DNA of 63,068 nucleotides, the filler included, from Octopus bimaculoides (Eukaryota), in the NCBI RefSeq assembly GCF_001194135.2. It is 4 parts of 3 records of this genome, joined end to end, with 100 filler letters (N's around TTAATTAATTAA, not from the genome) between each part and the next. Parts side by side here need not be neighbours in the genome. Positions count along the whole stretch, not along the records: positions 1 to 26,576 come from NC_068984.1; positions 26,677 to 50,361 come from NC_068987.1; 2 more parts are not named here. One strand, 5' to 3'. The translations under genes and the position numbers were made by a program. The first letter of the stretch is position 1, and each line of letters begins with the position of its first letter. The notes under the pieces are model-generated. The model searched no databases. It was not told the origin of the DNA and saw nothing but the letters and a program-made list of their open reading frames with translations. This document shows, piece after piece, positions 23,513-33,591 of this stretch.

Positions 23513-26292
23513 TATAAAAAATAGTAATAAAAATATGCTGTCGAAATAGAGAAAATATGAAAAAAATGTGGTTAAGATGGTAGCCGAATAAAATTAGGCC
23601 AAGTAAAGTACTAAGTGACTCACGAAGGAAATAACGATGTGGAGGCTGTGTTGATGAATTGAGAACCTTTTACACTAGTCAGGAGGTAAATTAAGAATGT
23701 GAAATGTTTAATGAATGGAATAACGGAAACAGTGATGCAAAAACACTATAATATATACGTGGGTTTATGAATCTGAGTGCAAAGTGTTGCGGTCGGTAAA
23801 TCTATTCAAATAAGGTTTCATCTGCACCATCGATTTTTATAAGCCTTGACAGCAGCAAGCAAATTTTTTGTTTTGATATATTTTGTTGCTGAAGAAAAAT
23901 ACAATACCGTATTATTTTAAATGATGTATACATTCTTGAGCCAAAGCATATGAACAGAATAATAATCCATGCAAACTTTGCACTACAGAAAATAACCACA
24001 TAAATTTTACTAAAACCTCATTACACAACTACCACAAGACTATCAAACTCGCTTGCTGTGCAGCATTGGGGTCACGTTTATAGAATTGATTTGCTTTTTT
24101 CAAGAAGTTGCATAAATACGACTAACTATAACTAATCAGCGTACTTTATTAATCCTCTCAAATGTATAATGGGAAACGTTTTTTTAAACTTCAGTCCTGA
24201 GTTATTTCGAAAACATGCAAACTTAATCTTAATATATATATAATCATACAACGAACCGCCACTTACTAGAATTACTGACTTGGTGCCAAAATTTGAAACC
24301 ATTATTTTATATTCAATTATATTAATGCATTGCCTTTCTCTTGGGTAACACTGGTAGTGTGGAGAGGGGAGGTCTGTATGCATGGGCGACTGCTGGTCTT
24401 CCATAAACAACCTTGCCCAGACTTGTGCCTGGGAGGGTAACTTTCTTGGTGCAATCCCATGGTCAGTCATGACCGAAGGGGGTTTCAACGTATTAGTGCA
24501 ATGTATTGTGATATTATTATCAGGTCTGCAAGGGTGGTACAAATGGTAACACACTGAGCAGTAATGAATTTCGTTAATTAATTCAAATTACACCAGTCAA
24601 CTTTAGCATTGCATTTTACCCCACGAAATATTTACTATATTCAATTCAATATACTACAGCTGCTCCAACACATCATTTGTGTGTGTTGGTACAAATTATA
24701 TTATGAAATAGAAATTTATAGGCGTAGGAGTGGCTGTGTAGGAAGTAGCTTGCTTACGAACCACATGGTTCCGGGTTCAGTCCCACTGCGTGGCACCTTA
24801 GGCAACTGCCTTCTACTATAACCTCGAGCCGACCAAGGCCTTGTGAGTGGATTTGGAAGACGGAAACTGAAAGAAGCCCGTCGTATATATGTATATATAT
24901 GTAAATGTGTATGTGTGTGTATATGTTGTGTGTCTGCTAGCGTGTTTGTGCATCAACGGTGATAAATCTACCACTATGGCCTCCGCATGAATCTTTTCAT
25001 GGATCTGTCTGTCAATGTTTTTTTTTTTTTATTACCCTGCGTGCGTAAGTGAAAGCAGGGTATTGTAGTCGCTCGTCTTCGTTTGTCTGTGTGTTTGCAA
25101 AATTACTGGAAAACAGCTGAACGGATTTTCGCCAAATTTGGCAGAAATACTCATTGGGTGAGTGGCTTGAAATGATGAAAATTTCGTTTGATTATCTTTA
25201 AACATATGTAAATACATACATAGATATGCGACTGTGTGTATGTGTGTGTGTGTGTATGTGTGTGCAGTGATAAATTCGACAGTTTCGTTTATTTGCGACT
25301 TGACTTCTTAATTTGACCGGAGTATAAATACCTATAATGGCGATATTTAATTCTTTTTTTAATCGAACTTTAAAATTTCCCGATAAGCAAGTGGCCATAT
25401 TATTTATATCCTACAACGAACTACAGTACGTTTGATTCACCTGCCATCATTGAAAGAGTTTGCAAACACTTCTCAAATTCTGTGCAATATTTTCTATAAC
25501 TGTTTCATTTTGTTCACTTTCATTTTCATATGAATCGACCCTCGTCTGCGTGTGTATAGATCATGGTGTACCTATGCGCGTCGGGTGTGTGTGTAGACAC
25601 GTGTGTGTGCGCGTAGACACGTGTGGGTCTGTGTACTCGAGGGTTTCGTTTATTTACGAGTTGATTACTTAATTTCACCGGAGTATAAATACCTGTAATG
25701 GTGATATCAAAACAAAACAAAAAAAGCTAAAAAAAAAAATAATCGAATTTACAATTTTCCCGATAAGCAAGTGGACATATTATTTATATCCTACAATGAA
25801 CTACAGTACGTTTGATCCACCTGTCATCATTAAAAGACGTTGAAAACACTTCTCAAATTCTCTGCAATAATCCTCCTTTAGTGAAACACTTACAAAGCTG
25901 AATTCAGTTCAATTAAAAAGTATGAGTAAGCAACACATTGTAAACCACACTATAATTTGCGAAAAAAATTACCTGAGCGCAGGGTAGCATCGCCCCTCCG
26001 ACACCTTTTATGTTTTCATTTAATTTGATTCAATTACCATTTTAACAGATATCATTTACATGATATCTGTTTAAGCTTCATTCGAACTCGACAGGTTCGG
26101 TATGTAATTATCGATTTTTACTTAGTAAAATAAACATCTTCACGATAAACACATGCATGTACAGACATACGCGTATAAATATGCCATTAAAAAAAAGTAG
26201 TTTTATACCTGACATTTCAATTACGTGAAGAATTAGATAATGGTACATACCTCAGTGACTACTGCTTGATTGTTGATGTCAATATGATTCAT
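103..26292 (-). CDS. ACSL1/5/6: Long-chain-fatty-acid--CoA ligase, ACSL1/5/6-like; spliced 5' portion (12 coding exons), gene continues beyond the window's left edge
   Basis: Exons 26251-26292, 21921-22032, 18696-18763, 17835-17936, 15843-15942, 12602-12774, 10479-10511, 8799-8850, 6358-6431, 4756-4833, 3604-3738 and 103-182 all have GT-AG boundaries with compatible phases. They join into a stop-free 349-aa peptide containing YTSGSTGLPKG (AMP-binding P-loop), [10 protein letters not shown] (gate) and GFFQGD...[19 protein letters not shown]. Orthology among ACSL1, 5 and 6 is not resolvable by eye. Confidence 0.95.
790..896 (+). mobile_element. 107-bp insertion flanked by a 26-bp direct repeat (probable TSD)
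   Basis: ttatcgtactaagatgcttagctgag occurs at 764-789 and 897-922; the insert holds CTGAAGA (832-838), two hairpins and GAAAC (874-878). Confidence 0.6.
1296..1947. mobile_element. Tc1/mariner-type MITE with an internal 85-bp tandem array
   Basis: TA|CAGGGTGTCCACAAAGTCTGGGTACATGG ... CCATGTACCCAGACTTTGTGGACACCCTG|TA terminal inverted repeats; internal units start at about 1381, 1466, 1551, 1636, 1736, 1821 and 1906. Confidence 0.9.
3269..3548. mobile_element. hAT (Charlie-like) MITE
   Basis: TIRs cagaggttctcaaa / tttgagaacctata; 8-bp TSD ttctaagc / ttctaaac. Confidence 0.8.
3604..3738 (-). CDS. ACSL1/5/6: ACSL exon [45 protein letters not shown]
   Basis: ttttcag acceptor, gtaagt donor, 135 nt; hallmark ACSL motif. 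Confidence 0.96.
3770..4168 (-). mobile_element. tRNA-derived SINE family A, near full length (about 400 bp with an internal microsatellite)
   Basis: tRNA-like head with a B-box-like GGTTCAGTCCC and a tail aaaggcggtgctccagcatggccgca..tgactgaaacaagtaaaaga. Other copies lie at about 4278-4410(-), 4500-4640(+), 6940-7326(-), 9340-9490(-), 9905-10070(-), 10845-11062(-), 12295-12470(-), 12895-13090(+), 13910-14297(-), 20400-21685(-, spanning a gap), 24720-24960(+) and 40140-40345(+). Confidence 0.9.
4756..4833 (-). CDS. ACSL1/5/6: ACSL 78-nt gate-domain exon [26 protein letters not shown]
   Basis: tttcag acceptor, CAG|gtaaat donor; SYLPLxHxFER motif. Confidence 0.95.
4930..5780 (-). mobile_element. 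Degenerate Penelope-like element 3' part (GIY-YIG C-terminus and 3' UTR) in an ACSL intron
   Basis: The minus strand translates to [54 protein letters not shown]; segments are shared with 34940-35070 and 35715-35800. Confidence 0.8.
4933..4992 (-). ncRNA. Decayed type-I hammerhead ribozyme motif at a PLE 3' end
   Basis: AGGT-CTGATGAG...C-AAAAC-taatg-GTG-ACTT. Stem I pairs, but GAAA has become AAAA and the cleavage triplet is GUG, so it is probably inactive. Confidence 0.5.
5790..6300. repeat. (GAT/GAC/GGT)n trinucleotide tract
   Basis: Direct sequence; it explains the poly-D, poly-S and poly-M ORFs. Confidence 0.98.
6358..6431 (-). CDS. ACSL1/5/6: ACSL exon (G)[24 protein letters not shown]
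   Basis: ttgcag acceptor, gtaagt donor, 74 nt; PKGV..SH.N motif. Confidence 0.95.
6940..7326 (-). mobile_element. SINE family A, full copy
   Basis: Collinear with 3770-4168. Confidence 0.9.
7422..7670. mobile_element. 249-bp MITE with 51-bp perfect TIRs and a TTAA TSD (Kolobok-like)
   Basis: TTAA|AGCATTAAACGGACATACTAAAATTAGAGACAATGTTCCATGGATCCAAAA, with its exact reverse complement at 7620-7670 followed by TTAA. AG..CT termini fit Kolobok rather than piggyBac (CCC..GGG). Confidence 0.85.
8320..8695 (+). mobile_element. (GAT)n-tailed retroposon family C (LINE 3' end or LINE-related SINE)
   Basis: Shared core ggaagggcatccagctgtagaaac...ccatgctagcatggaaagcggacgttaaacgatgatgat. Other copies lie at 8701-8770(-), 10566-10790(-), 14501-14560(-), 16640-16830(-) and 16990-17330(-). 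Confidence 0.85.
8799..8850 (-). CDS. ACSL1/5/6: ACSL exon [17 protein letters not shown](G), first half of the AMP-binding motif
   Basis: tttttttcag acceptor, CAG|gtaagt donor, 52 nt. Confidence 0.95.
10479..10511 (-). CDS. ACSL1/5/6: ACSL 33-nt exon [11 protein letters not shown]
   Basis: ttttcag acceptor, gtaagt donor; frame-preserving; sits in the expected xLG position before PPKP. Confidence 0.88.
12602..12774 (-). CDS. ACSL1/5/6: ACSL exon (T)[57 protein letters not shown]
   Basis: tttcag acceptor, gtaagt donor, 173 nt, phase 1 to 0. Confidence 0.92.
13910..14297 (-). mobile_element. SINE family A, full copy
   Basis: Collinear with 3770-4168. Confidence 0.9.
14416..15636. mobile_element. 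Monomeric copy of the Tc1/mariner MITE, interrupted by a family C retroposon and a gap
   Basis: Left TIR at 14416 and right TIR ending at 15636, both with flanking TA; the internal sequence is the reverse complement of the 85-bp unit. Confidence 0.85.
15843..15942 (-). CDS. ACSL1/5/6: ACSL exon [33 protein letters not shown]
   Basis: tttcag acceptor, 100 nt, LYDT motif; the donor is an atypical gtctct, required by the phase of the next exon. Confidence 0.9.
16395..16660. repeat. (TCA/CCA)n tract, the expanded tail of a family C retroposon
   Basis: Direct sequence. Confidence 0.95.
17835..17936 (-). CDS. ACSL1/5/6: ACSL exon [34 protein letters not shown]
   Basis: ctccag acceptor, gtaatt donor, 102 nt; IGSGL and NR.E motifs. 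Confidence 0.93.
18030..18595. repeat. Purine-rich compound minisatellite, (GAA/GGA)n with a recurring ggtgttagaaaagtaagtagaagg..agtttgattagaag unit
   Basis: About five degenerate units, starting near 18078, 18151, 18225, 18311 and 18421. Confidence 0.9.
18696..18763 (-). CDS. ACSL1/5/6: ACSL exon (R)[22 protein letters not shown]
   Basis: cttcag acceptor, gtagga donor, 68 nt; LG.R...YEW.TY motif. Confidence 0.93.
19123..19440 (+). mobile_element. tRNA-derived SINE family D
   Basis: Head gaaggcacgtggcttaatgcttag...GAGTTCGATTCCC (A- and B-box-like). Relatives lie at 13120-13358(-) and 34315-34560(+), with 3'-half variants at 9530-9685(-) and 24325-24485(+). Confidence 0.8.
19900..20110 (+). 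mobile_element. Probable PLE 3' remnant with a decayed hammerhead motif
   Basis: [10 protein letters not shown] resembles the PLE GIY-YIG C-terminal P.G.N.RF motif and is followed by CTGATGAAG...C-AAAACGTT (about 20073-20099). Confidence 0.45.
21921..22032 (-). CDS. ACSL1/5/6: ACSL exon [37 protein letters not shown]
   Basis: tttcag acceptor, gtaagt donor, 112 nt, phase 0 to 1. Confidence 0.92.
25030..25995 (+). mobile_element. DINE-1/HINE-like non-autonomous Helitron/Helentron-type element with an internal ~360-bp tandem duplication
   Basis: A T-run is followed by taccctgc (25033-40), with inverted partners gcagggta at 25055-62 and 25979-86; it has a gtctgt-type microsatellite and gaacggatttt..aaatttggca core; internal repeats lie at about 25305-25490 and 25668-25868. 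Confidence 0.65.
26251..26292 (-). CDS. ACSL1/5/6: ACSL first coding part, [14 protein letters not shown] (whole exon 26251-26360)
   Basis: AACC-ATG start context; donor GAG|gtatgt; acceptor ttttgcag at 26361; DINNQ resembles the DL.xQS motif of ACSL N-termini; phase 0 matches the next exon. Confidence 0.75.
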
Positions 26293-26412
26293 GGTTGTTT
26301 CCTTTTTTATCTATTGTACACGAATAACGACCGCTATGATATGTATTAGTATTATAGCAACTGCAAAAGAAATTGTTTGACGATTACATACATAAAAACA
26401 CGAACATATTTC

Positions 26413-26458
<46 letters not shown>

Positions 26459-26577
26459 TTTTAGGGAAAATAACCAATTTTCAAGAACTCATCGATGAAA
26501 ATCTTGCTTAAAACGCTATAGCTATTAGATAACGTCTTAGTTTTCAGTTTGAATTACGGAAAAATTTGGATAAGTAN

Positions 26578-26676
26578 NNNNNNNNNNNNNNNNNNNNNNN
26601 NNNNNNNNNNNNNNNNNNNNTTAATTAATTAANNNNNNNNNNNNNNNNNNNNNNNNNNNNNNNNNNNNNNNNNNNN
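26578..26676. other. Artificial ~100-nt scaffold join with a TTAATTAATTAA spacer (also 50362-50461 and 55385-55484)
   Basis: The same palindromic six-frame-stop 12-mer is centred in three N-runs of about 100 nt. Confidence 0.9.
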
Positions 26677-28144
26677 TTAGCGTTGTGAGAATTTTGTAAA
26701 GACCCCTACGTCATTTTAAGAAAACCTTCGTCTGTTATATACATAATTTTTCTTCTCCCTTGTTTTTACTTTTTACTTCATTCTATTCTATTTATTTTTT
26801 TAAAAATACACTTTGTATTCTTTTATGCATGTATTTTCGCCTGGTTTTAACCATTATACAACCAGCGGTTCATTTAAGAAGTTGGCTGCATATATACACT
26901 GAGATCTAATGGGTTTTTTTATGTAGATGTCTGTATAGTTACAGCACTTACGTATTTATATACATGTACCTGCGCTTACATATAGGGCCTGGGTTTGCAC
27001 TTGTGCATATGCTGTTATGATTTCGTGCGTATATTCTTTTTGTGTATACATGCTAAGAGTATATGCTTATATTTATTTATACATACATGCATCTATATTA
27101 TTATATATGCGTATGTGCGATTAGGTTCACACTCACATGTACTTGTATGTGTACATACGTGTATACGGTTATGATCGTAAGTATTTGCGTACATATCAAC
27201 ATATGTATCTATATGCGTGATGCTATATACATTTTTGTATACGCATATATGCGCAATCTAAATTTTTATGCACGTTTACTATATGTTCTTGCTTATTTTC
27301 TCTCTCTACTTCTTCCTTCCTATCCCCAGCCTTTCTCTCCTCTCTTTTCTTCCTTTGCTATCTTTCTTTTTTTCCGTTTCTTTCTTTCTTCTTTCTCTTT
27401 CTTTCTTTCTTTATTCTCTTTCTTTCTTCTTTTCCTTTTTTATGACAACTACATTCCCCCGCCACCCCCTTTCCCATATTTAACGTTATTATAGATACGT
27501 TACTCTTTACCCCTCCACTCCATAGATTAAGATACAATTTTTGTTACCAGTGCATAGGTTTTCCACGCGCAAACGTATATGCGTGTGTGCGTATATGTGT
27601 GTAGATTTGTACTTATGTATATATCTGTGCCTTGTAAATATAGGCCTATATACGTAGATTGTCTGTGCGTATGCAGCTGTGTATTTCGATGTATATATTT
27701 ATATATAAATATATATATGTTGTGGATAGCCTTGTATACATACACGCTATTGTAATTTTGTTTTATTTTATTTTACTTTATTTTATTTTGAATGCAGCGT
27801 ATACTCTATTTTATTGATTTGATTTTAATACGTTAATTCGAATATAATTAATTATTTACAATATGTATTTTGAGCCCATTTTTCTATTTAAGGTTTTCTT
27901 CGATATTTTTTTAATAGGATGAATCTGTATTAAATTTATTTGGTCTGTGCATTANNNNNNNNNNNNNNNNNNNNNNNNNNNNNNNNNNNNNNNNNNNNNN
28001 NNNNNNNNNNNNNNNNNNNNNNNNNNNNNNNNNNNNNNNNNNNNNNNNNNNNNNNNNNNNNNNNNNNNNNNNNNNNNNNNNNNNNNNNNNNNNNNNNNNN
28101 NNNNNNNNNNNNNNNNNNNNNNNNNNNNNNNNNNNNNNNNNNNN

Positions 28145-28182
<38 letters not shown>

Positions 28183-29479
28183 CATACATACATACATACA
28201 TACATACATACAAACACACATACATACATGCAGACAGACAGACAGATAGACAGACAGACTCGATTAGCCAAGCTACACGGTTTTCTGTTACAGCACTTTT
28301 CCGTCTTCGATATATCATACGCCTTGATAAACACCGCTGGTAGGAGTGAGCCTAGACTGATAAACACATACGTTCAGATCATGAATTCGGTTATTCGATA
28401 ATGAGGATTACAGAAACATTATTTTGTGACTTACATGATATATTTTTAGTCTAAGTTTTCTATTGATATTATTGCCAATTACACACTACACAATTTGTAC
28501 ATTTTGAATTCAATTGCAAAATATATTTACGATGTTATGCTTCTATAATAGCAGTGTAACTTTGAATTTTGATTAATTTCGCTTTTTTATGTTGTAGGAT
28601 TTCTCTTAAGTAATTAGCTTTATATTTAGAGCGCAAAATACTTAGTCGTCAAGTCTGCAGAAATCACAAATGTCTGTCTGTTACAGATAGACGTTATAAT
28701 AGCAATAATCTGTGTATTTATTTCTACTAAGATTTCCCTGTAGGTGTTTCATCATGAAGTCAGGCATGTGATCTTACTTCTTATAGAATCGGAAGTATAT
28801 CGGTAATTTCATTAAAATTTTCGTGCGCATGCGTTCGATATGCAAGATGAAGTGCATTTCTGATTTAATCGATATTAGTTTCGGATATTTTGCATAGATA
28901 CACAGACAAATAAGCATATACACACACAGATAAGCATACACACACACACACACAGGTATCTGGATAAATAGATAGATAGCTATGCAGATAAACAGACAGA
29001 CAGACTGGTATGCAGATAGAGAGACGGACACACGGACAGACAGGCAGACAGAATGACAGATAGACAGATAAATAGACAGATAGATAGACAGACAGTACTT
29101 TTTAATCTACGACTACACATTGTCTCAAAGTTTACTTTTTGTGAATTCTGGAGCTGTTCCTTGTGGTTATTTATGTTATGTAACATTTTATGAAGATTTA
29201 AGGCAGCAAACTGGCAGAATCTTACCGGGGAAAATGCTAGCAATATCTCTCTGGACTTAACGTTCTGAGTTCAAATTGCGTTGAGATCAACTTTGCCTCT
29301 CATCCTTTCGGGATCGATTAAATAAGGACCAACTGAGCACTGGGATCGATGTAATTGGATTAATTCTCATCCAAAATTTATGTACTTTTCCTAATATTTG
29401 GACACCTATCTAGAAATGAGCTGTATGACAATGCTTGTGTTGATATACTTATGTTCGCATATTTTAATCAAACTTGGAT

Positions 29480-31510
29480 AGGTTTAACAGCAAACACAAC
29501 AACAGCCGTAAGAACAATGATGTCAAAGAAGATCGTAAAACCAACAGCGGCAACAGCAGAGAAAACAAGGCAAAGAATAGTTTTTAGGCAAGATCACTAT
29601 TATTTTCGATTTCTTGAGACTAAATAAGAACAAGAACATTTAAAAGAAGAAGAGAAACACATGAACATGCTAGAGCAGAGAAAAGTGTCTACATATAAAT
29701 AATTCACTATGGATGTTTATCAACGACAAGCTTATACATTCAGACCAACCTGAATTCGGCTTATTGAGCGTTTGATAAGATATGAGTTTTGTGAGACATG
29801 CCCATAACGTCGGATATATCCGAGTTACTTACCCATAGCCCAGAAGTACTTCATTGTTCCACGGTTCCAGGAAGAACTGAACATTTCACATTGGCATTTA
29901 TTTACATGGGACGGATAGTGCACAGAGGAAAAATAGGAAACAAACCATCACAACTAGATTCTGGTGAATAGTATAATGCGTGGTTTGGAAGAACTTACTG
30001 CGCTGCTAGAAATATAAAAATTCCAAACAGAAAATTGGTTATTGATGTGGTTGGTTATTTTTAATTAAGTGAATCTTGAGACATTAGGCGAAATGCTTGA
30101 GCTAATAGAGATCCTCGTAAGGCAGCGACTGCTGGTGGTAGTGAAACACAGAGGACTTCGATGTTGCTTCTGTAAAAACACTGATCACCTGAAGGCTTGC
30201 TATCTCACAACACCACTATATGACAGCTTAAAGAATGCCTTCACTGTTGCCAACACTAAAACTTCAACATCAATAGAAACAACAACCACAATGCAAACAA
30301 AAGTCATTAAAAAATGGCAAATAACAGCAATAATAATTATTGAAGCACCAATTACAAGACTGGAAGCAGCGCTCACAGCGACAACACCAGCATTGGAAAC
30401 TGCAATAACTAAATAATAAAAGGAACACCATCCTCAACATAAGACAATACACCTCAACATAAACACTGAAGAGTATTCGGACACGTGTTGCTAAGTTGAC
30501 GGTATGGGAACCTAAATGTCAAAACATTACAAATGAAAAGTCACAAAAAACAACACAAAAATATAGCCGATGCGGACGAACGGGGGAGGGGGATGAGTTG
30601 GAGCAACAATTTAGCAGCAACTACACCAGTACTGTCAAAACCAGAACCACATTGCCACAACACCACCACCGCCAGTATTATGTACACCACTATTAAAAGC
30701 GGAGGCACAAGCCTTTTCACTCAAACAACAAATAGATCCCACACCTAAACACGAACAAAGAGCAAATCAGTAAGTACGCAGTCACAAACACAAGCAGTAG
30801 AGAATTAATAGATTATATACATCTACAATATCGCACATATTAACTACATTTATTTAACCAATACTATTCCATCACACATAAAAACCATCTTCATATCACA
30901 ACACACACAGACATCTCAAGAACCTAAATATCGCAAAGGAATATGAAACAATATACTATATTCACAACTGTTAGTGGAAATATCTACAAACAGTGGAAAG
31001 GAAGACATCCTTGTCTCTACACACAGTCGAGATATACGTTATTTTTATGCCTTCATCCTGCTGGCAAGAGGTCTAAGTTAGATGACCAGTATAAGTGCAT
31101 TTTTCTCAGAGTCATCCTGAAATTAGGGCCGCCTTCACAGCCACTAAGTTCGCTAGACATAGAGGTGATGACCATCAGCGAGACCAGAATGTCCGGCCAC
31201 TGCCCATTTTCTATGAATACTATATCCCGCCATCTTTAGTTCGATCGAAAATGGGGAGTTGAGCTGCGTTGTTTTTTGGAAAGATCTGGATCACGTGACA
31301 GGATTATTTTCATACACCTAAAAGTTAAGTTGTAAGTCTAAGGCTTGAGAAAGAGCGAAAGATTGCCTGAAAACTAGTAGTTGTGAACGCTTTAGGTTCG
31401 GAGCAACATTTCAGACATCTGGTGATTTTCCTGGAAACGTCTCAATATTCAGAGTTAGGACATTGGAATGCTATCTTGGAAGCACATTATAATTCTGCGT
31501 GCATAATTGA
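29480..31510 (+). mobile_element. Degenerate L1/Tx1-like LINE: ORF1 zinc-knuckle relic and start of the APE endonuclease
   Basis: LLVVVKHRGLRCCFCKNTDHLKAC (CCHC-like), LDIEVMTISETR (APE Glu motif) and LGHWNAILE (GDWN motif); many stops and frameshifts. Confidence 0.7.
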
Positions 31511-32035
31511 TTGGAGGAGGAGTGCAGAAGTACCTGCCTCCAAACCTGTTCACATTTTTGGTCTTTCAGTTATTGAGTGGAGTGCCCCACTATGTCAATA
31601 TATACTGACAAACATCATCAAGTCATCCAAATCTTATCTAGAAAGAACACTTTATAAGCCAGTGGGTAAGAATAGCGTACCTTGCCTACAGTTTATAATC
31701 GTCGGTTATTCATATCACACATTTCTGATCTGTACACTCGACAGAGGTACGCTTCATAGACGGAGACTCAGTTAATGGAAGATGAATGCATCGCTACCAG
31801 TGAAGCAAGCCTCCAGATATGATTAGTGAACTAGTTCAGCCGTCGTGACGGGAATATGACTGAACAACAAATGTTGTTTCGCCTTAAATATACCATTAGA
31901 GAAAAATTGATGTGGTTTAGTAAAGTTATAGTGATAGAGAAAACTAGACAACAAGGAGACTTAGATATGAAAAAATTCAAAAGATGCTTAGAGAAGGTAG
32001 CTCAAGTGAAAAGCTCGCAACGAGATGGAGTTTTA

Positions 32036-32132
32036 ATGCATGACCTATCTGACTTTCAAAGAAGAGAAACTGTTGGCGGGACGATGACTGGAGCTTCAAT
32101 CACTTCAGTTGCTGAACTGTATAATGTAAGGT
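32036..32132 (+). mobile_element. Tc1-like transposase N-terminal HTH fragment
   Basis: MHDLSDFQRRETVGGTMTGASITSVAELYNV matches the Tc1 DLSDF.RG.IVGAR.AGASV...AEL pattern. Confidence 0.75.
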
Positions 32133-33347
32133 AAACACCAGTTCCTACGAGCATAATTCTGAAACGAAGGTGAATGTTACAGAGGAGGACCATAGTGTAG
32201 GGAAACGTTTTGTGTCTAAAAGCAATCGAACTACGGCAGCAAATAGATTGTAGTATAATCGAATATATATGGGGCATTATGTTGGAGTACTCAGTTAAGA
32301 ACCGCTTCTCTCTACCATCATCCCAAAGAAACTGAAGTAAGGTTTACTTGAGGATTGACTCCTCAGACTTACCTTAAAAACTGTTCAGATCTATAATTTC
32401 CATTTAACTATGTGCTTCGATTACAACTACTGTATGTATGTATGTATGTATGTATGTATGTATGTATGTATGTATGTATGGATGGATGGATGGATGGATG
32501 GATGCGTATGCATGTATGCATGTATGTATGTATGTATGTATGTCAAACCATTTTCTTCGTGTTAGTTTTCAATTTACGTGAAAGCCAAGAAATTTTCCTT
32601 TTTTTTTTTTTTTTTCAAAATAAAGAGACATTCTTCTTTCGGCTAACATTAAAGTCTATCAAAGATAAGTGTTTTCCTTAAAACTACTTTTCAAAACGAA
32701 TAATGATTCTTAATGTTTTTGCATTCCAAAACTTTTTGTCTGAGCTAAAAATTTATTGTATTTAAATACAATTAAAATATTGTTTTCTATTTTGAATTTT
32801 AAAATGTGTTTTCAAGTTTTACTTTATCTTTATTGATCTTAACAGTGTCATCGGTTGTTAATAACAGAAAAATATTTTAAACTACTGATGTTTTTAAACC
32901 AAGAAATCTTTCAAAAAGTTACGATTATGTACTTATTCTGAAACTACGCCCTAAGATTATTGTGAATGAGAGTAGCAAACCTGAATGTTTAAAATCTAGC
33001 TAAGACCCTACTTATTACATCAATGAGTGCCATAAAAAAATCTGAATGCCTAGATTTATATAGGTATATCGATGAAAGGGTAATTCGCGTGAGAGTTTAG
33101 ATTTCTCAGTTGCTATTTTGAATAAGTTTCAGTGGTAGTCGAAGATTTTATGCTAGTCTTTAATAATAGCCGAAAGTTTGGTTGTTTAGTTGAGTTATAC
33201 ATGCATACATACATACATACATACATACATACATACATCCATACATATATAAGTCATCAGTGGAGAGAGAGAGAGAGAGGGGAGACCAAGAGAGGAATAC
33301 AGAGCAAATATTAGCATGCGATGCAGGCTAGTTCTAAATCAGTGTTT

Positions 33348-33591
33348 CTCCATCATTTTTTTACCCATGAACCCCTTTGATTTCAGTTTTACTCGGATGG
33401 ACCCTCCTAAACACTTGATCTTTAAAAAACCCTATTATAGTTTATATATTTAATTATTAGAAATTGCATTATAAAAAAGGTAAAATATTTTGTGTATTCG
33501 AGAAGTATATAGAATTTATAGCAGATTGATTTTAACAAAATCTCATGTGGACCCTTACGGGGCATATGGATGCCAGTTGAGAACCACTGAT
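33348..33591. mobile_element. hAT-type MITE
   Basis: Termini cagtgtttctcca ... ttgagaaccactg; no matching TSD seen. Confidence 0.6.

Noticed and set aside
32366-32403. Strong minus-strand donor AAG|gtaagt preceded by a uORF MEIIDLNSF*, as a candidate upstream ACSL exon in phase with the hydrophobic segment
   Set aside because: The uORF ends in TAA before the donor, and such a donor is expected by chance in ~30 kb of AT-rich DNA; RNA evidence is needed.
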